Positions 55,774 to 64,000 are shown, numbered from the stretch's first letter. The stretch is DNA of 64,000 nt from Tepidiformaceae bacterium (GCA_963422605.2 CAXXUF010000002.1:1781848-1845847); one strand, 5' to 3'. The notes: generated from the letters alone by a model not told the origin. Translations and numbers: made by a program.

Positions 55774-56567
55774 GGAGCTCCCCCGGCGGGCGCGAAGCCG
55801 TGGTGCGCGAGGATGGCGGCGCTTGCGTGCGAGGTGGCGAAGGCGAGGAAGGCGCGTGCGGACGCGCGCTTGCTGAGGAGCGCGATACGGTAGCCGGCGG
55901 GCGCCTGGAAGCGCGCGGGGATGGCCACCGCGCGCACGCCGGGGCGCATCGCGCCCGCGAGATCGCTCGCGTAGACGATGGCGGCGTCAGCCTCGCCGAG
56001 TTCGACCTTTGCGAGGGCAGCGCGCACGCTCGGCTCGTTGCTGCGGACGTTCGCGAGCACGCGCGCAGCGAAGTCCGGGGCGAGGGTGCCCGCCGTGTCC
56101 GCGAGCGCGAGCGCCCGGCGTGCGTAGCGGCCCGCGGGCACGGTCTCGGCGGCGAGCACGAGGCGCAGGCCGGGCTCAGCGAGGTCCGCGAAGGTGGCGA
56201 CTCTCTCCCCGCCTTGCCTCGCCGCTGCCACCACGAGCGTGTTCTCCGCGAGCGCTCGCTGCTCGACGACGAGACCGGCGGCGGCGAGCGCCTCGACTTC
56301 GTCGGGACTCGCGCTCGCGAACACGTCGGCGGGGGCGCCTTCGAGCGCCTGTGTGCGGAGTGTCGCCGAGCCGGCGAAGGCGAGGCGGACCATCACGCCC
56401 GGATGCGTCGCCTCGAATGCCTCCGCCAGCTCTCCGAAGGCGTCCGTGAGCGAAGCCGCCGCCAGCACCGTGATGGTCTCGCGGCGCTCCCCGCCCCCTC
56501 CCTCCCTCCCCCCGCCGCACGCCCCTGTCGCGAGGACGGCGAGCGCGAGCCAGACGGCGATGCCCAT
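55770..56567 (-). CDS. modA: Molybdate ABC transporter substrate-binding lipoprotein ModA
   Basis: Track ORF 55770..56924 trimmed to ATG 56567 (MGIAVWLALAVLATGACGGG, a lipobox). Contains ITVLAAASLTDAFGELAEAF, LAFAGSATL and AAIVYASD. Confidence 0.88.
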   Translation of the reverse strand: MGIAVWLALAVLATGACGGGREGGGGERRETITVLAAASLTDAFGELAEAFEATHPGVMVRLAFAGSATLRTQALEGAPADVFASASPDEVEALAAAGLVVEQRALAENTLVVAAARQGGERVATFADLAEPGLRLVLAAETVPAGRYARRALALADTAGTLAPDFAARVLANVRSNEPSVRAALAKVELGEADAAIVYASDLAGAMRPGVRAVAIPARFQAPAGYRIALLSKRASARAFLAFATSHASAAILAHHGFAPAGGAP

Positions 56568-56721
56568 GCGAAGGCTCACGCTGGGGCGGCAGGCGAGGGC
56601 AGCGTTGCGAGATGGCTCCGCAGCCAGTCGAGAGTGGCGTCCGCGGCGGAGAGCTTCGAGTGCGCGACGAGGCACGCAGCGCCCCCCCTTGCGCTGGCGA
56701 CCGACCGTGCGGCGGTCTGCC

Positions 56722-57528
56722 TCAGCTCGCGAAAGCCGCGCGCATGGCTTCGAGGCGGGCCTCCACGCCCTCGCGCGTGTCCTCGTGCGTGACGATGTAG
56801 AGCGCGTTCTCACGGATGGCGTCGAGCACGCGGCCCGCGACCTCCTCTGGCGGCATGCCCGCCGCAATCCCCTGGCGGATGGGCTCGGCGTGATCGGGCA
56901 CGTCCTCAGGGCCGCCGTGCGCATCCGGTCGGTTCCGTCCCGCCTCCACGATGCGTGTCGCCACTCCGCCCGGGCAGAGCACGGAGACGCCGATGCCGAG
57001 CGACGCGAGATCCGCGCGCAGGTGCTCGGACATGCCCACGACGGCCTGCTTCGAGGCCACGTAGGAGGCCATGCCCGGCGGTGCGAAAAGACCCGCGCTC
57101 GAAGCCGTGTTCACGATGTGCGCCTCGCCCCCCTGCTCGATCATGCGCGGGAGGAACTGCGTTACACCGTTCACCACGCCGCCCAGGTTCACCGACATCA
57201 CCCAGTCCCAGTCGGCGTCGCTCATCTCGCCGGCGGGGCCGAAGGTCACCACGCCCGCGTTATTGCAGAGTGTGTGCACGCCTCCGAAGGCGGCGAACGC
57301 CTCGTCCGCGAGGGCCTTCACGGAGGCGCGGTCGGCGACATCAGTGCGGATGGCGATCGCGCTGCCACCCCCCGCACTGATCGCCTTCGCTACGCCCTCG
57401 GCCGCATCGCGGTCGATATCCGAGACCACGACCGCCATGCCCTCCGCCGCAAAGGCACGGCAGAGTGCCTCGCCGATGCCGCTGCCGCCGCCCGTCACGA
57501 CCGCCGTCTTGCCAGCTCCCAGTTCCAT
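56722..57528 (-). CDS. SDR-family oxidoreductase
   Basis: 268 aa, GKTAVVTGGGSGIGEA, NNAG, NTASSAG...YVASKQA. Confidence 0.9.
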   Translation of the reverse strand: MELGAGKTAVVTGGGSGIGEALCRAFAAEGMAVVVSDIDRDAAEGVAKAISAGGGSAIAIRTDVADRASVKALADEAFAAFGGVHTLCNNAGVVTFGPAGEMSDADWDWVMSVNLGGVVNGVTQFLPRMIEQGGEAHIVNTASSAGLFAPPGMASYVASKQAVVGMSEHLRADLASLGIGVSVLCPGGVATRIVEAGRNRPDAHGGPEDVPDHAEPIRQGIAAGMPPEEVAGRVLDAIRENALYIVTHEDTREGVEARLEAMRAAFAS

Positions 57529-57627
57529 CGTCGCCTCCCGCGAACGCGCATCTTACCGGTTTGGGGCGCGGGGGAGGGGATCCCTGTGTCGCTGTCGTCT
57601 AGGCTCGAACCCGCCGTGAGGTGTACC

Positions 57628-58299
57628 GTGTCCTCTGCAGGAAGGAGTCTGATCGCGCTGGTTCCCGTGGAACCGAAGCTCTATCACATCGTCCACGTCG
57701 ATCGGCTGCCCTCGATCATTGATGCGGATCAGCTTTGGTGCGATGCAGAGATGGCGAAACGCAGCGGGGTCGGAACCAGCATCGGGATGAGCAAGATCAA
57801 ACAGCGGCGTCTCGAAGAGCTGACTCTCAGCAGCCATCCCGATATCCACGTTGGAGAGTGCGTTCCCTTCTACTTCTACCCACGCTCCGTCATGCTCTAC
57901 GTAATCCACAAGCATAACGACTCTGAGTTGGCCTACCGTGGCGGCCAAGGTCCCATCATCCACATGGAAACAGATCTGCGTCGGGTGGCCGCTTGGGCGG
58001 ATGAGCACAAACGACGCTGGGCCTTCACGACATCCAACGCCGGGTCGTATCACTTCGAGGACTACTCGGATATTGGGCAACTGGATAAGCTCAACTGGGA
58101 CGCGATACAGGCTCGCGACTGGAGGGGCGAGCGAAAGGAGGGCAAGCAGGCTGAGTTCCTGATGGAGCGCTCGTTCTCGTGGAATCTGGTTGAGCGCATC
58201 GGTGTCCTGTCCGCTGAAATCCGAAATCAGGCGCTGGGGACGGTCCACGCAGCCGTGCATCGTCCGCCTGTCGAGGTCAGGCGAGACTGGTACTATTAA
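57628..58299 (+). CDS. darT: DarT ssDNA thymidine ADP-ribosyltransferase toxin (DUF4433)
   Basis: Last ~223 aa of shadow ORF 56194..58299. Contains PKLYHIVHVDRLPSII, ECVPFYFYPRSVMLYV, NWDAIQARDW, the catalytic-type KQAEFLMERSFSW, and C-terminal RRDWYY. Start is uncertain: GTG 57616, 57628 or 57667, or CTG 57658, which lies 10 nt after a GGAAGGAG SD. Confidence 0.9.
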   Translation: MSSAGRSLIALVPVEPKLYHIVHVDRLPSIIDADQLWCDAEMAKRSGVGTSIGMSKIKQRRLEELTLSSHPDIHVGECVPFYFYPRSVMLYVIHKHNDSELAYRGGQGPIIHMETDLRRVAAWADEHKRRWAFTTSNAGSYHFEDYSDIGQLDKLNWDAIQARDWRGERKEGKQAEFLMERSFSWNLVERIGVLSAEIRNQALGTVHAAVHRPPVEVRRDWYY

Positions 58300-58311
58300 C
58301 TGGTACTATTA
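58286..58311. repeat. Perfect 13-bp tandem duplication ACTGGTACTATTA x2 spanning the darT stop codon
   Basis: Read directly: 58286-58298 equals 58299-58311. Copy 1 carries TGG TAC TAT TAA (the darT end). Copy 2 fills most of the darT-darG spacer. Confidence 0.9.
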
Positions 58312-58322
58312 GCTGAAGGCAC

Positions 58323-59390
58323 ATGATCGAACATAAGACCGGTGACCTGTTCAACGAGGATGTGGAGGCTGTCGTCAACAGTGTCAACTGTGTTGGTGTC
58401 ATGGGGCGCGGGATTGCGCTCCAGTTCAAGAACACCTTCCCCGAGAACTTCAAAGCGTACGCGACCGCCTGCAAGCGTGGGGAGGTTGCGCCTGGGCGGA
58501 TGTTCGTGTTCGAGACGGGTCGGCTGACGAACCCACGCTACATTATCAACTTCCCGACAAAGCGTCATTGGCGGGGCAAGAGCCGGATGGGGGACATCGA
58601 AGCTGGCCTTGAAGCGTTGGCGCGGGAGATTACAGAACGGAACATCCGCTCGATCGCGCTCCCGCCGCTCGGAAGCGATCTGGGTGGCCTGCGGTGGGCT
58701 GAGGTGCGCCCGCGCATCGAAGCGGTGCTGGAGGGCATCGATGATCTGAAGGCCGTTGTGTTCGGACCCGGCAGCGCACCGACCGATGGTCGACCCAACC
58801 GTTCGACCGGCGCGCCGAAGATGACGCTAGCGCGGGTGGCACTGGTCAGTCTGATCGACCGCTACCTCAAGGGCCTGCTCGATCCATCGATAACGCTTCT
58901 GGAAGTTCACAAGCTCATGTACTTCCTGCAGACTGCGGGTGAGCCTCTGAGATTGAACTTCCAGAAGGAGTACTACGGTCCGTATGCGGAGAACCTGCGG
59001 CACGTTCTGAAGAAGGTTGAAGGGCATTACATTTCAGGCTATGCCGATGGGGGGGATGCGCCTGGCAAGGAGATCGAACTCGTTCCGGGTACCGTCAGGG
59101 ATGCGGATGACTGGCTTGCTGATCATCCAGAGACGAAGGGGCGGTTGGACCGTGTGGGTGCGCTCGTTGATGGATTCGAGTCGTCGTTCGGCTTGGAGCT
59201 GCTGACGACAGTCCACTGGATCGCTGCAAGGTATCCATCCGCGACCGAGGAAGAGATCGTTGGGCGTATCTACGATTGGGGCCCGCAAAAGCGGCAATTC
59301 TCACAGCGTCAGATACGCTTGGCGCTTCAGGTGCTTCGGGAGAAGGGCTGGCTGGACTCCGACGGTGGCTCTCCGGCACACGCGGGGTAG
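58323..59390 (+). CDS. darG: DarG macrodomain antitoxin (DNA ADP-ribosyl glycohydrolase) with C-terminal DarG-type domain
   Basis: 355 aa, MIEHKTGDLFNEDVEAVVNSVNCVGVMGRGIALQFKNTFPENF...IINFPTKRHWRGKS...IALPPLGSDLGGL (TARG1-like macrodomain), then about 200 aa of helical domain. GAAGG SD before the ATG. Confidence 0.92.
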   Translation: MIEHKTGDLFNEDVEAVVNSVNCVGVMGRGIALQFKNTFPENFKAYATACKRGEVAPGRMFVFETGRLTNPRYIINFPTKRHWRGKSRMGDIEAGLEALAREITERNIRSIALPPLGSDLGGLRWAEVRPRIEAVLEGIDDLKAVVFGPGSAPTDGRPNRSTGAPKMTLARVALVSLIDRYLKGLLDPSITLLEVHKLMYFLQTAGEPLRLNFQKEYYGPYAENLRHVLKKVEGHYISGYADGGDAPGKEIELVPGTVRDADDWLADHPETKGRLDRVGALVDGFESSFGLELLTTVHWIAARYPSATEEEIVGRIYDWGPQKRQFSQRQIRLALQVLREKGWLDSDGGSPAHAG

Positions 59391-60938
59391 GTGGGTTCGT
59401 GGCACGATAGCGGCGTGACGGCGGCTTCGGGGGAGTATCGCAGCGTGGGCATCATCGGCGGGGGCACCGCCGGCTACCTCACCGCGCTCGCCCTGCGCAA
59501 GAAGCTGCCGCACCTGCGCGTCACCCTCATCGAGTCTCCCTCCATCCCCATCATCGGCGTGGGCGAGGGCACGACCCCGATCATGGTCAAGTTCCTCCAC
59601 GCCTACCTCGAGCGCGACGTGCATGAGCTGTTCCGCAAGGTGCGGCCCACCTGGAAGTTCGGGGTGAAGTTCGAGTGGGGGCAGCCGGGCGAATCTTTCT
59701 TTAACTACGCCTTTCACCCGGGGCCGGTGCTCGATTCCGTCTACTACGGCGGCGACTTCAACGAGTACTCGCTCGGCTCGCTGCTCATCTCGAACGCGCG
59801 CGCGCCCATCCTCGCGGGCGAGGACGGGAAGCTCACCTCGTTCATCGACCGCATCCCCTTCGCCTACCACCTCGACAACGGTCGCTTCGTCGCGTACCTG
59901 CGCGAGGAGGCCGTGTGCGATGGCGTGGAGCTGCTCGAACGCTCCGTCACCGCCTTCGTTCCCGCCGGGGAAGGCGAGGGTCTCGACCACATCGTCATGG
60001 ACGGCGGCGAGGAGCGACGCTTCGACCTGTACGTCGATTGCACCGGCTTCCGTGCCGAGATCATGGGCGAGGCGCTGGGGTCGCCCTTCCTGAGCTACGA
60101 GGACAGCCTCTTCTGCGACCGCGCGATCGTGGCGAACGTGCCCCACGGCGGCCACATCAAGCCGTTCACCACGGCGGAGACGATGGACGCGGGCTGGTGC
60201 TGGAACACGCCCTCGGTGGAGGGCGACCACCGCGGCTACGTCTTCTCCTCGCGCTTCATCCCGGACGAGGCAGCGGTGGCGGAGATGCGTGCGAAGAACG
60301 CGGGCATGGGCGAGCACCGCGTGATTCGCTTCAGGACAGGCCGGCGCGAGCACTTCTGGAAGGGGAACGTGGTCGCCATCGGCAACTCCTACGGCTTCGT
60401 CGAGCCGCTCGAATCGACCGGCCTGCACATGATCATCCTCGAAATCAACCAGCTCGTGCTGAACTTCCCCCGCTCGAAGCGCGACACGGCCATCCGCCGC
60501 ATCGTGAATCGCACCCTGAACGCACACTGGGACGATGTGCGCTGGTTCCTCGCCATCCACTACCGCTTCAACCGCAAGCTCTCGACGCCGTTCTGGCAGG
60601 CGTGCCGCGAGGGAGTCGATATCAGTGGCGCGGAGGAGCGCGTGGGCCTCTTCCGCGAGCGCACGCCGCTCACCTACCGGCAGTCGCAGTTCTTCAAGCC
60701 GGAGGAGGTGTTCGGCGACTTCGCCTACGACGTGCTCCTGCTTGGCCAGCGCGTGCCCGGCCGCTATCTGGAGGCGAGCCAGAGCCGTGTCGACTGGCAG
60801 AAGCGCACGGAGGGGCTGCGACAGCTGGCGGCACGCGCCCTCCCCCAGGAGAAGGCGCTCGAAGCGCTTGCGTCCGCGCCCCGCGAGGCGCTCGGCAGTC
60901 TGGTCACGTCGCCCGATACCTGGGTCGTCTGGCCCTAG
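59391..60938 (+). CDS. Flavin-dependent halogenase family protein (tryptophan-halogenase-like)
   Basis: 515 aa. GxGxxG (IIGGGTAGY), IGVGEGTTP, the Lys position in TWKFGVKF (aligned to PrnA GAFKAAIKF as I recall it), WxWxIP variant GWCWNTP, and GFVEPLESTGL. Starts right at the darG stop; a later GTG (about 59445) is possible. Confidence 0.85.
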   Translation: MGSWHDSGVTAASGEYRSVGIIGGGTAGYLTALALRKKLPHLRVTLIESPSIPIIGVGEGTTPIMVKFLHAYLERDVHELFRKVRPTWKFGVKFEWGQPGESFFNYAFHPGPVLDSVYYGGDFNEYSLGSLLISNARAPILAGEDGKLTSFIDRIPFAYHLDNGRFVAYLREEAVCDGVELLERSVTAFVPAGEGEGLDHIVMDGGEERRFDLYVDCTGFRAEIMGEALGSPFLSYEDSLFCDRAIVANVPHGGHIKPFTTAETMDAGWCWNTPSVEGDHRGYVFSSRFIPDEAAVAEMRAKNAGMGEHRVIRFRTGRREHFWKGNVVAIGNSYGFVEPLESTGLHMIILEINQLVLNFPRSKRDTAIRRIVNRTLNAHWDDVRWFLAIHYRFNRKLSTPFWQACREGVDISGAEERVGLFRERTPLTYRQSQFFKPEEVFGDFAYDVLLLGQRVPGRYLEASQSRVDWQKRTEGLRQLAARALPQEKALEALASAPREALGSLVTSPDTWVVWP

Positions 60939-61308
60939 GCGCGCTTATCGGAATGCCGCCATCCAGCCGCTACCACCTGTACGCGGAGAGCCGCACTTGT
61001 ACGATGTGCATGATTGTGCCTCGGAGAATGAGGCGGCGTACATCGCCTACCTGACGCTCTCCGGCCTGCTGGGGGAGAACTCGCGGGTGGGCTGGATGAA
61101 CCAGACACGTTCACGTAACGGAGAGATTATCCGCCAATACCTCGATGAAAGCCCCGGGATGCGGCAGAGCGGGCGCAGGTTCGCGCTCAGGATCGGGTTG
61201 CTATTGAGACTGCTGTCGCGCCGAGAAGCTGGGGCGCCGGTGGAACGGACTCGACCCGTCGCGCTGAGCTACCTGGCAGCCTCGCCATCCTCGCCGAAGC
61301 GCAGGCCA

Positions 61309-62574
61309 TCAACGGCAATCCAATCCCCGGGCGGTGCGTTCGGTGGCGGTGGCTGAGTCCTCGAAGGCGACCGCCTGGCGGCTGAGCACGGGGTAGAGGG
61401 TGAAGATCGGCGTACCGGAAGGGATCACCGCCGACTCCACGCCCGGGCGCAGCGCGAGGTGCAGGTTCACGTAGTTGTAGCTGAGCCCCTCCTGCCACGG
61501 CTCGCCGCCGCTGCGTTCGTACTCCTCAGTGGTCCCGAGCCCGTACGTCCGCGTCATCAGGCCGGTCGCGCCCGTCAGTCCCAGGTCCAGCAGTTCGGGA
61601 GCTCCCTGGATCAGGATCGCGACGCGCGAGGCGTCGAACCAGACCTTCAGGTTGCAGCTCACCTGGACGTAGCCACCGAGGCTCCCCAAGTGTTGCAGCA
61701 CTGTAAGTGGAAACGCGAGCTCCGGTGGGGCCTTCCCGGGCGGGGGGCGGTCCCAGGCGAACTCGGGCTCCTTGACGCGGGAGGCGGAGACGTACAGAAG
61801 GTGCGGGTCGTTGATGGGGATGTCGACCACCTCGCTGTCGCGATCGCTCGTGAGCTGACCCATCTGGTAGCGCAGCGGGAACGAGTAGCCGGGCTTGCCG
61901 TAGAAGATGCGTACGCCCGTCTCCAGCGGCTCGCTCGGTGTGCGGCTGAACTTCAGGTCGAACGGCAGGAGCACGTGGAAGGCGTGCGTGCGTGCGTTCA
62001 TGAAGGGCCCGCAGGCGCCCTCGAACTCCTTGTGGATGGCGGCGTTCTCGGGCTCAAAGCGCTGCGCCGGGCCGGTGTAGCTCTGCGCGCGCCGCGCTTC
62101 GGGTGTGAGGTGGTAGCGCTCCTGGTAGTGTGCCGCCGCGCGCTTCTGGGCGATGTCGGTGAACCAGGCAGGCGCCATGCTCTCGACGACGATGCGCTCC
62201 CGCCCGCCTGCGGCGGAACGGTTTACGCGCACGGCCTCGTGGTAGCGATCCAGCTCGTGCGCCGTCTTCCGAAGCTCCTGCTCGACCTGCACCTCCACGG
62301 GCGAGCCCGCGAGGCGGGTGCGCGGCAACAGCGCCCGCGCCCGCTGCAGGAAGTCGAGCTTCACGCTGTAGCGTCGCGGCTCGGGCGCGAACGACTGGGC
62401 CGCTGCCAGGAGCAGGCTCACCTGCTCATCGGGCAGGAGCCCGAGCGCGTCGAGATCGCGCTCGCGGATGAACGCGGCGGCGAGCGGCGCGAACGCCTGC
62501 TCCCGCCGAATGCCTAGCGTGAGCAGGTAGTTCAGGTAGCTGCGCGCCTCCTCGGTCGTCATCGCTTCGGACAT
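61309..62574 (-). CDS. Hypothetical protein (421 aa), no recognisable family
   Basis: Track ORF 61309..63045 trimmed to ATG 62574 (MSEAMTTEEARSYLNYLLTLGIRREQAF...). The upstream 157 codons overlap the SnoaL-like gene antisense and look like shadow sequence. The rest has balanced, coding-like composition. Confidence 0.7.
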   Translation of the reverse strand: MSEAMTTEEARSYLNYLLTLGIRREQAFAPLAAAFIRERDLDALGLLPDEQVSLLLAAAQSFAPEPRRYSVKLDFLQRARALLPRTRLAGSPVEVQVEQELRKTAHELDRYHEAVRVNRSAAGGRERIVVESMAPAWFTDIAQKRAAAHYQERYHLTPEARRAQSYTGPAQRFEPENAAIHKEFEGACGPFMNARTHAFHVLLPFDLKFSRTPSEPLETGVRIFYGKPGYSFPLRYQMGQLTSDRDSEVVDIPINDPHLLYVSASRVKEPEFAWDRPPPGKAPPELAFPLTVLQHLGSLGGYVQVSCNLKVWFDASRVAILIQGAPELLDLGLTGATGLMTRTYGLGTTEEYERSGGEPWQEGLSYNYVNLHLALRPGVESAVIPSGTPIFTLYPVLSRQAVAFEDSATATERTARGLDCR

Positions 62575-62643
62575 GACAGCCGGATCGTACACCGCAGCAG
62601 CCCCGTTTCCGCTACCATCGCGCCCAACCGAGAGGAGGCCGCC

Positions 62644-63102
62644 ATGGTGGGTCAGGCTGAGGTCGAGATCGCGCGCAAGCTCTTCGAGCAGGGCTGGAGC
62701 GGCGGCCAGGTAGATGCGCCCCTCCAGTTCATGACTGAGGACGTCGTGATGCGCGACGTGGTGGGCCACCCCGAGGCGATGCGTGGGCACGAGGCCGTGC
62801 GCACGTTCTGGGCGAAGGCCGCGCCCACGCTGAAGGTGCTTCCCGAGGACCTCTATGTGGCGGACAGTGGCGTGGTCGTGCTCTGGATGGCCTACTCGCA
62901 GGTACCGGCGAGCGCCGAAGAGAACGCGGGCCGCTGGTGGTGCGGCGAAGGTATGTCGCGCCTCGAGTTCCGCGACGGCAAGGTCTGCCTCGAAGTGGAC
63001 TACTGGCATGGCGCGCAGGGGATGTGCGACGGCTGGGAGGCGCACTGGGAGGCGCGGCGAGCTCGCCCCTGGCGCGAGCTCGGCACGATCACGGGCGCGT
63101 AG
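62644..63102 (+). CDS. SnoaL-like / NTF2-fold (ketosteroid-isomerase-like) protein
   Basis: 152 aa, EIARKLFEQGWSGGQVDAPLQFMTEDVVMRDVVGHPEAMRGHEAVRTFW...SRLEFRDGKVCLEVDYW. Confidence 0.75.
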   Translation: MVGQAEVEIARKLFEQGWSGGQVDAPLQFMTEDVVMRDVVGHPEAMRGHEAVRTFWAKAAPTLKVLPEDLYVADSGVVVLWMAYSQVPASAEENAGRWWCGEGMSRLEFRDGKVCLEVDYWHGAQGMCDGWEAHWEARRARPWRELGTITGA

Positions 63103-63138
63103 CCTCTGGCCCCAGGCGCGTTTCCGCAGGAGGGGACG

Positions 63139-64000
63139 ATGGCGCTTCCCGAACGCTGGGATCTCGAGGTCGACGTGGCCGTGCTCGGCTCTGGCGCGAC
63201 CGCCCTGACGGCTGCCATTCTCGCGAACGACGGAGGGGCGGAGGCGGCCCTGCTTGAGCGCGCGGAGACGGTGGGCGGTACTACCGCGCTCTCCGGCGGC
63301 GTGCTCTGGCTACCGAACAACCACCACATGGCCGAGGCCGGCATCCCCGATTCGCGCGAGGATGCGCTCGCCTATCTCCACTCACTCTCGCTTGGGGTGA
63401 TGGACGCCGAGCTCGTCGCGACATTCGTGGAGAGTGGCCCTGCGATGCTGCGCTATCTGGAGGAGAACACGCCGCTCTCGATGCATGTCTTCGAGGGCTA
63501 CCCCGACTACCATCCTGAGAATCCGGGCGGAAAGCCGGAGGGCGGACGCTCGCTCGACAATGCTCTCTTCCCCTTCGACGAGCTGGGGCCGTGGGCGGAT
63601 CGCGTGAACCGCCAGCCCGATGCGGTCTTCCTCCCCGCGACGATGCTGGAGATGGACACGATCGGGCTCGACGGTATTGCGCCGGAGACGCTGGCGGCGC
63701 GTCGCGCGCGCGATATGCGCGGGACCGGTCAGGCGCTCGCGGGCTCACTGCTCAAGGGCTGCCTCGACCGCGAGATTCCGCTCTATACGGAGACGCGGGC
63801 GCGCGAACTCCTCCTCGATGGCAGCGATGCCGTGGTGGGCGTGCGCGCCGAGCGCGGGGGCGCGGAGTTCCTCGTGAAGGCGCGTAAGGCGGTCGTCATC
63901 GCGACCGGCGGCTTCGAGTGGAACCGCGGGCTGATCAACGCTTTCCTGCGCGGTCCCATGACGGCGCCCACCTCCACGCCTGAGAACGAAGGCGACGGCC
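63139..64000 (+). CDS. FAD-dependent oxidoreductase, KstD/fumarate-reductase-like (3' end beyond the window)
   Basis: My own translation from ATG 63139 (GGAGG SD at 63129): MALPERWDLEVDVAVLGSGATALTAAILANDGGAEAALLERAETVGGTTALSGGVLWLPNN...AVVIATGGFEWN. Open to the window end, so absent from the ORF track. Confidence 0.85.
   Translation, partial: MALPERWDLEVDVAVLGSGATALTAAILANDGGAEAALLERAETVGGTTALSGGVLWLPNNHHMAEAGIPDSREDALAYLHSLSLGVMDAELVATFVESGPAMLRYLEENTPLSMHVFEGYPDYHPENPGGKPEGGRSLDNALFPFDELGPWADRVNRQPDAVFLPATMLEMDTIGLDGIAPETLAARRARDMRGTGQALAGSLLKGCLDREIPLYTETRARELLLDGSDAVVGVRAERGGAEFLVKARKAVVIATGGFEWNRGLINAFLRGPMTAPTSTPENEGDG

Noticed and set aside
56568-56721. Possible Moco riboswitch in the 154-nt leader upstream of modA
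   Set aside because: The leader can form a CUCCGC...GCGGAG helix enclosing a small GCCA...UGGC hairpin, but I cannot reproduce the conserved Moco-motif core from memory or verify it by eye. An Infernal search with the Rfam Moco model would be needed. Not claimed.
56194-57615. N-terminal ~470 codons of the 701-aa plus-strand ORF 56194..58299
   Set aside because: Only the last ~223 aa (DarT) look like protein. The upstream part is Ala/Arg/Ser/Pro-rich and is antisense to modA and the SDR gene, which have clear motifs.
61309-63045. Full 578-aa version of the minus-strand unknown ORF
   Set aside because: Its first 157 codons run antisense through the SnoaL-like gene and are His/Arg/Ala-rich. 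ATG 62574 gives a sensible start with a 69-bp divergent spacer.

Overview
High-GC (~70%) gene-dense bacterial chromosomal window. I saw no rRNA, tRNA or CRISPR array by eye. Positions 1-11.5 kb hold a minus-strand division/cell-wall (dcw) cluster: mraZ-rsmH-ftsL-ftsI-murF-mraY-murD-ftsW-murG-murC-murB (murB partial). It has six ATGA stop/start overlaps, a near-consensus sigma70-type promoter and a three-repeat MraZ-type operator, but no murE. The rest is mostly housekeeping: mog-trmD, a frameshifted moeA, a thioredoxin-NHL lipoprotein, pheST, a NifU-like scaffold, YceI, a peroxiredoxin, MidA, aspS, a peptide-type ABC importer (binding protein plus 2 permeases), tig-clpP-clpX, tlyA-nadK-recN, a small Mo-oxidoreductase, a geranylgeranyl-reductase-like flavoprotein, a hyi-glxR-hbd-crotonase operon ending in two paralogous unknown genes, and modABC. 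Two AT-richer patches look horizontally acquired. (i) 44.46-46.63 kb is a translationally coupled pair: a coiled-coil/HARE-HTH protein plus a MORC-like GHKL ATPase. It matches no named system I know and is my best candidate for an undescribed defence or DNA-sensing module. (ii) 57.6-59.4 kb is a clear DarT-DarG toxin-antitoxin/antiphage pair. It is followed directly by a flavin-dependent halogenase-like gene and a convergent 421-aa unknown gene. Several short perfect tandem duplications (13, 13, 18 and 24 bp period) sit at functionally interesting positions. Many long ORFs in the supplied track are antisense shadow ORFs typical of high-GC DNA and were rejected.
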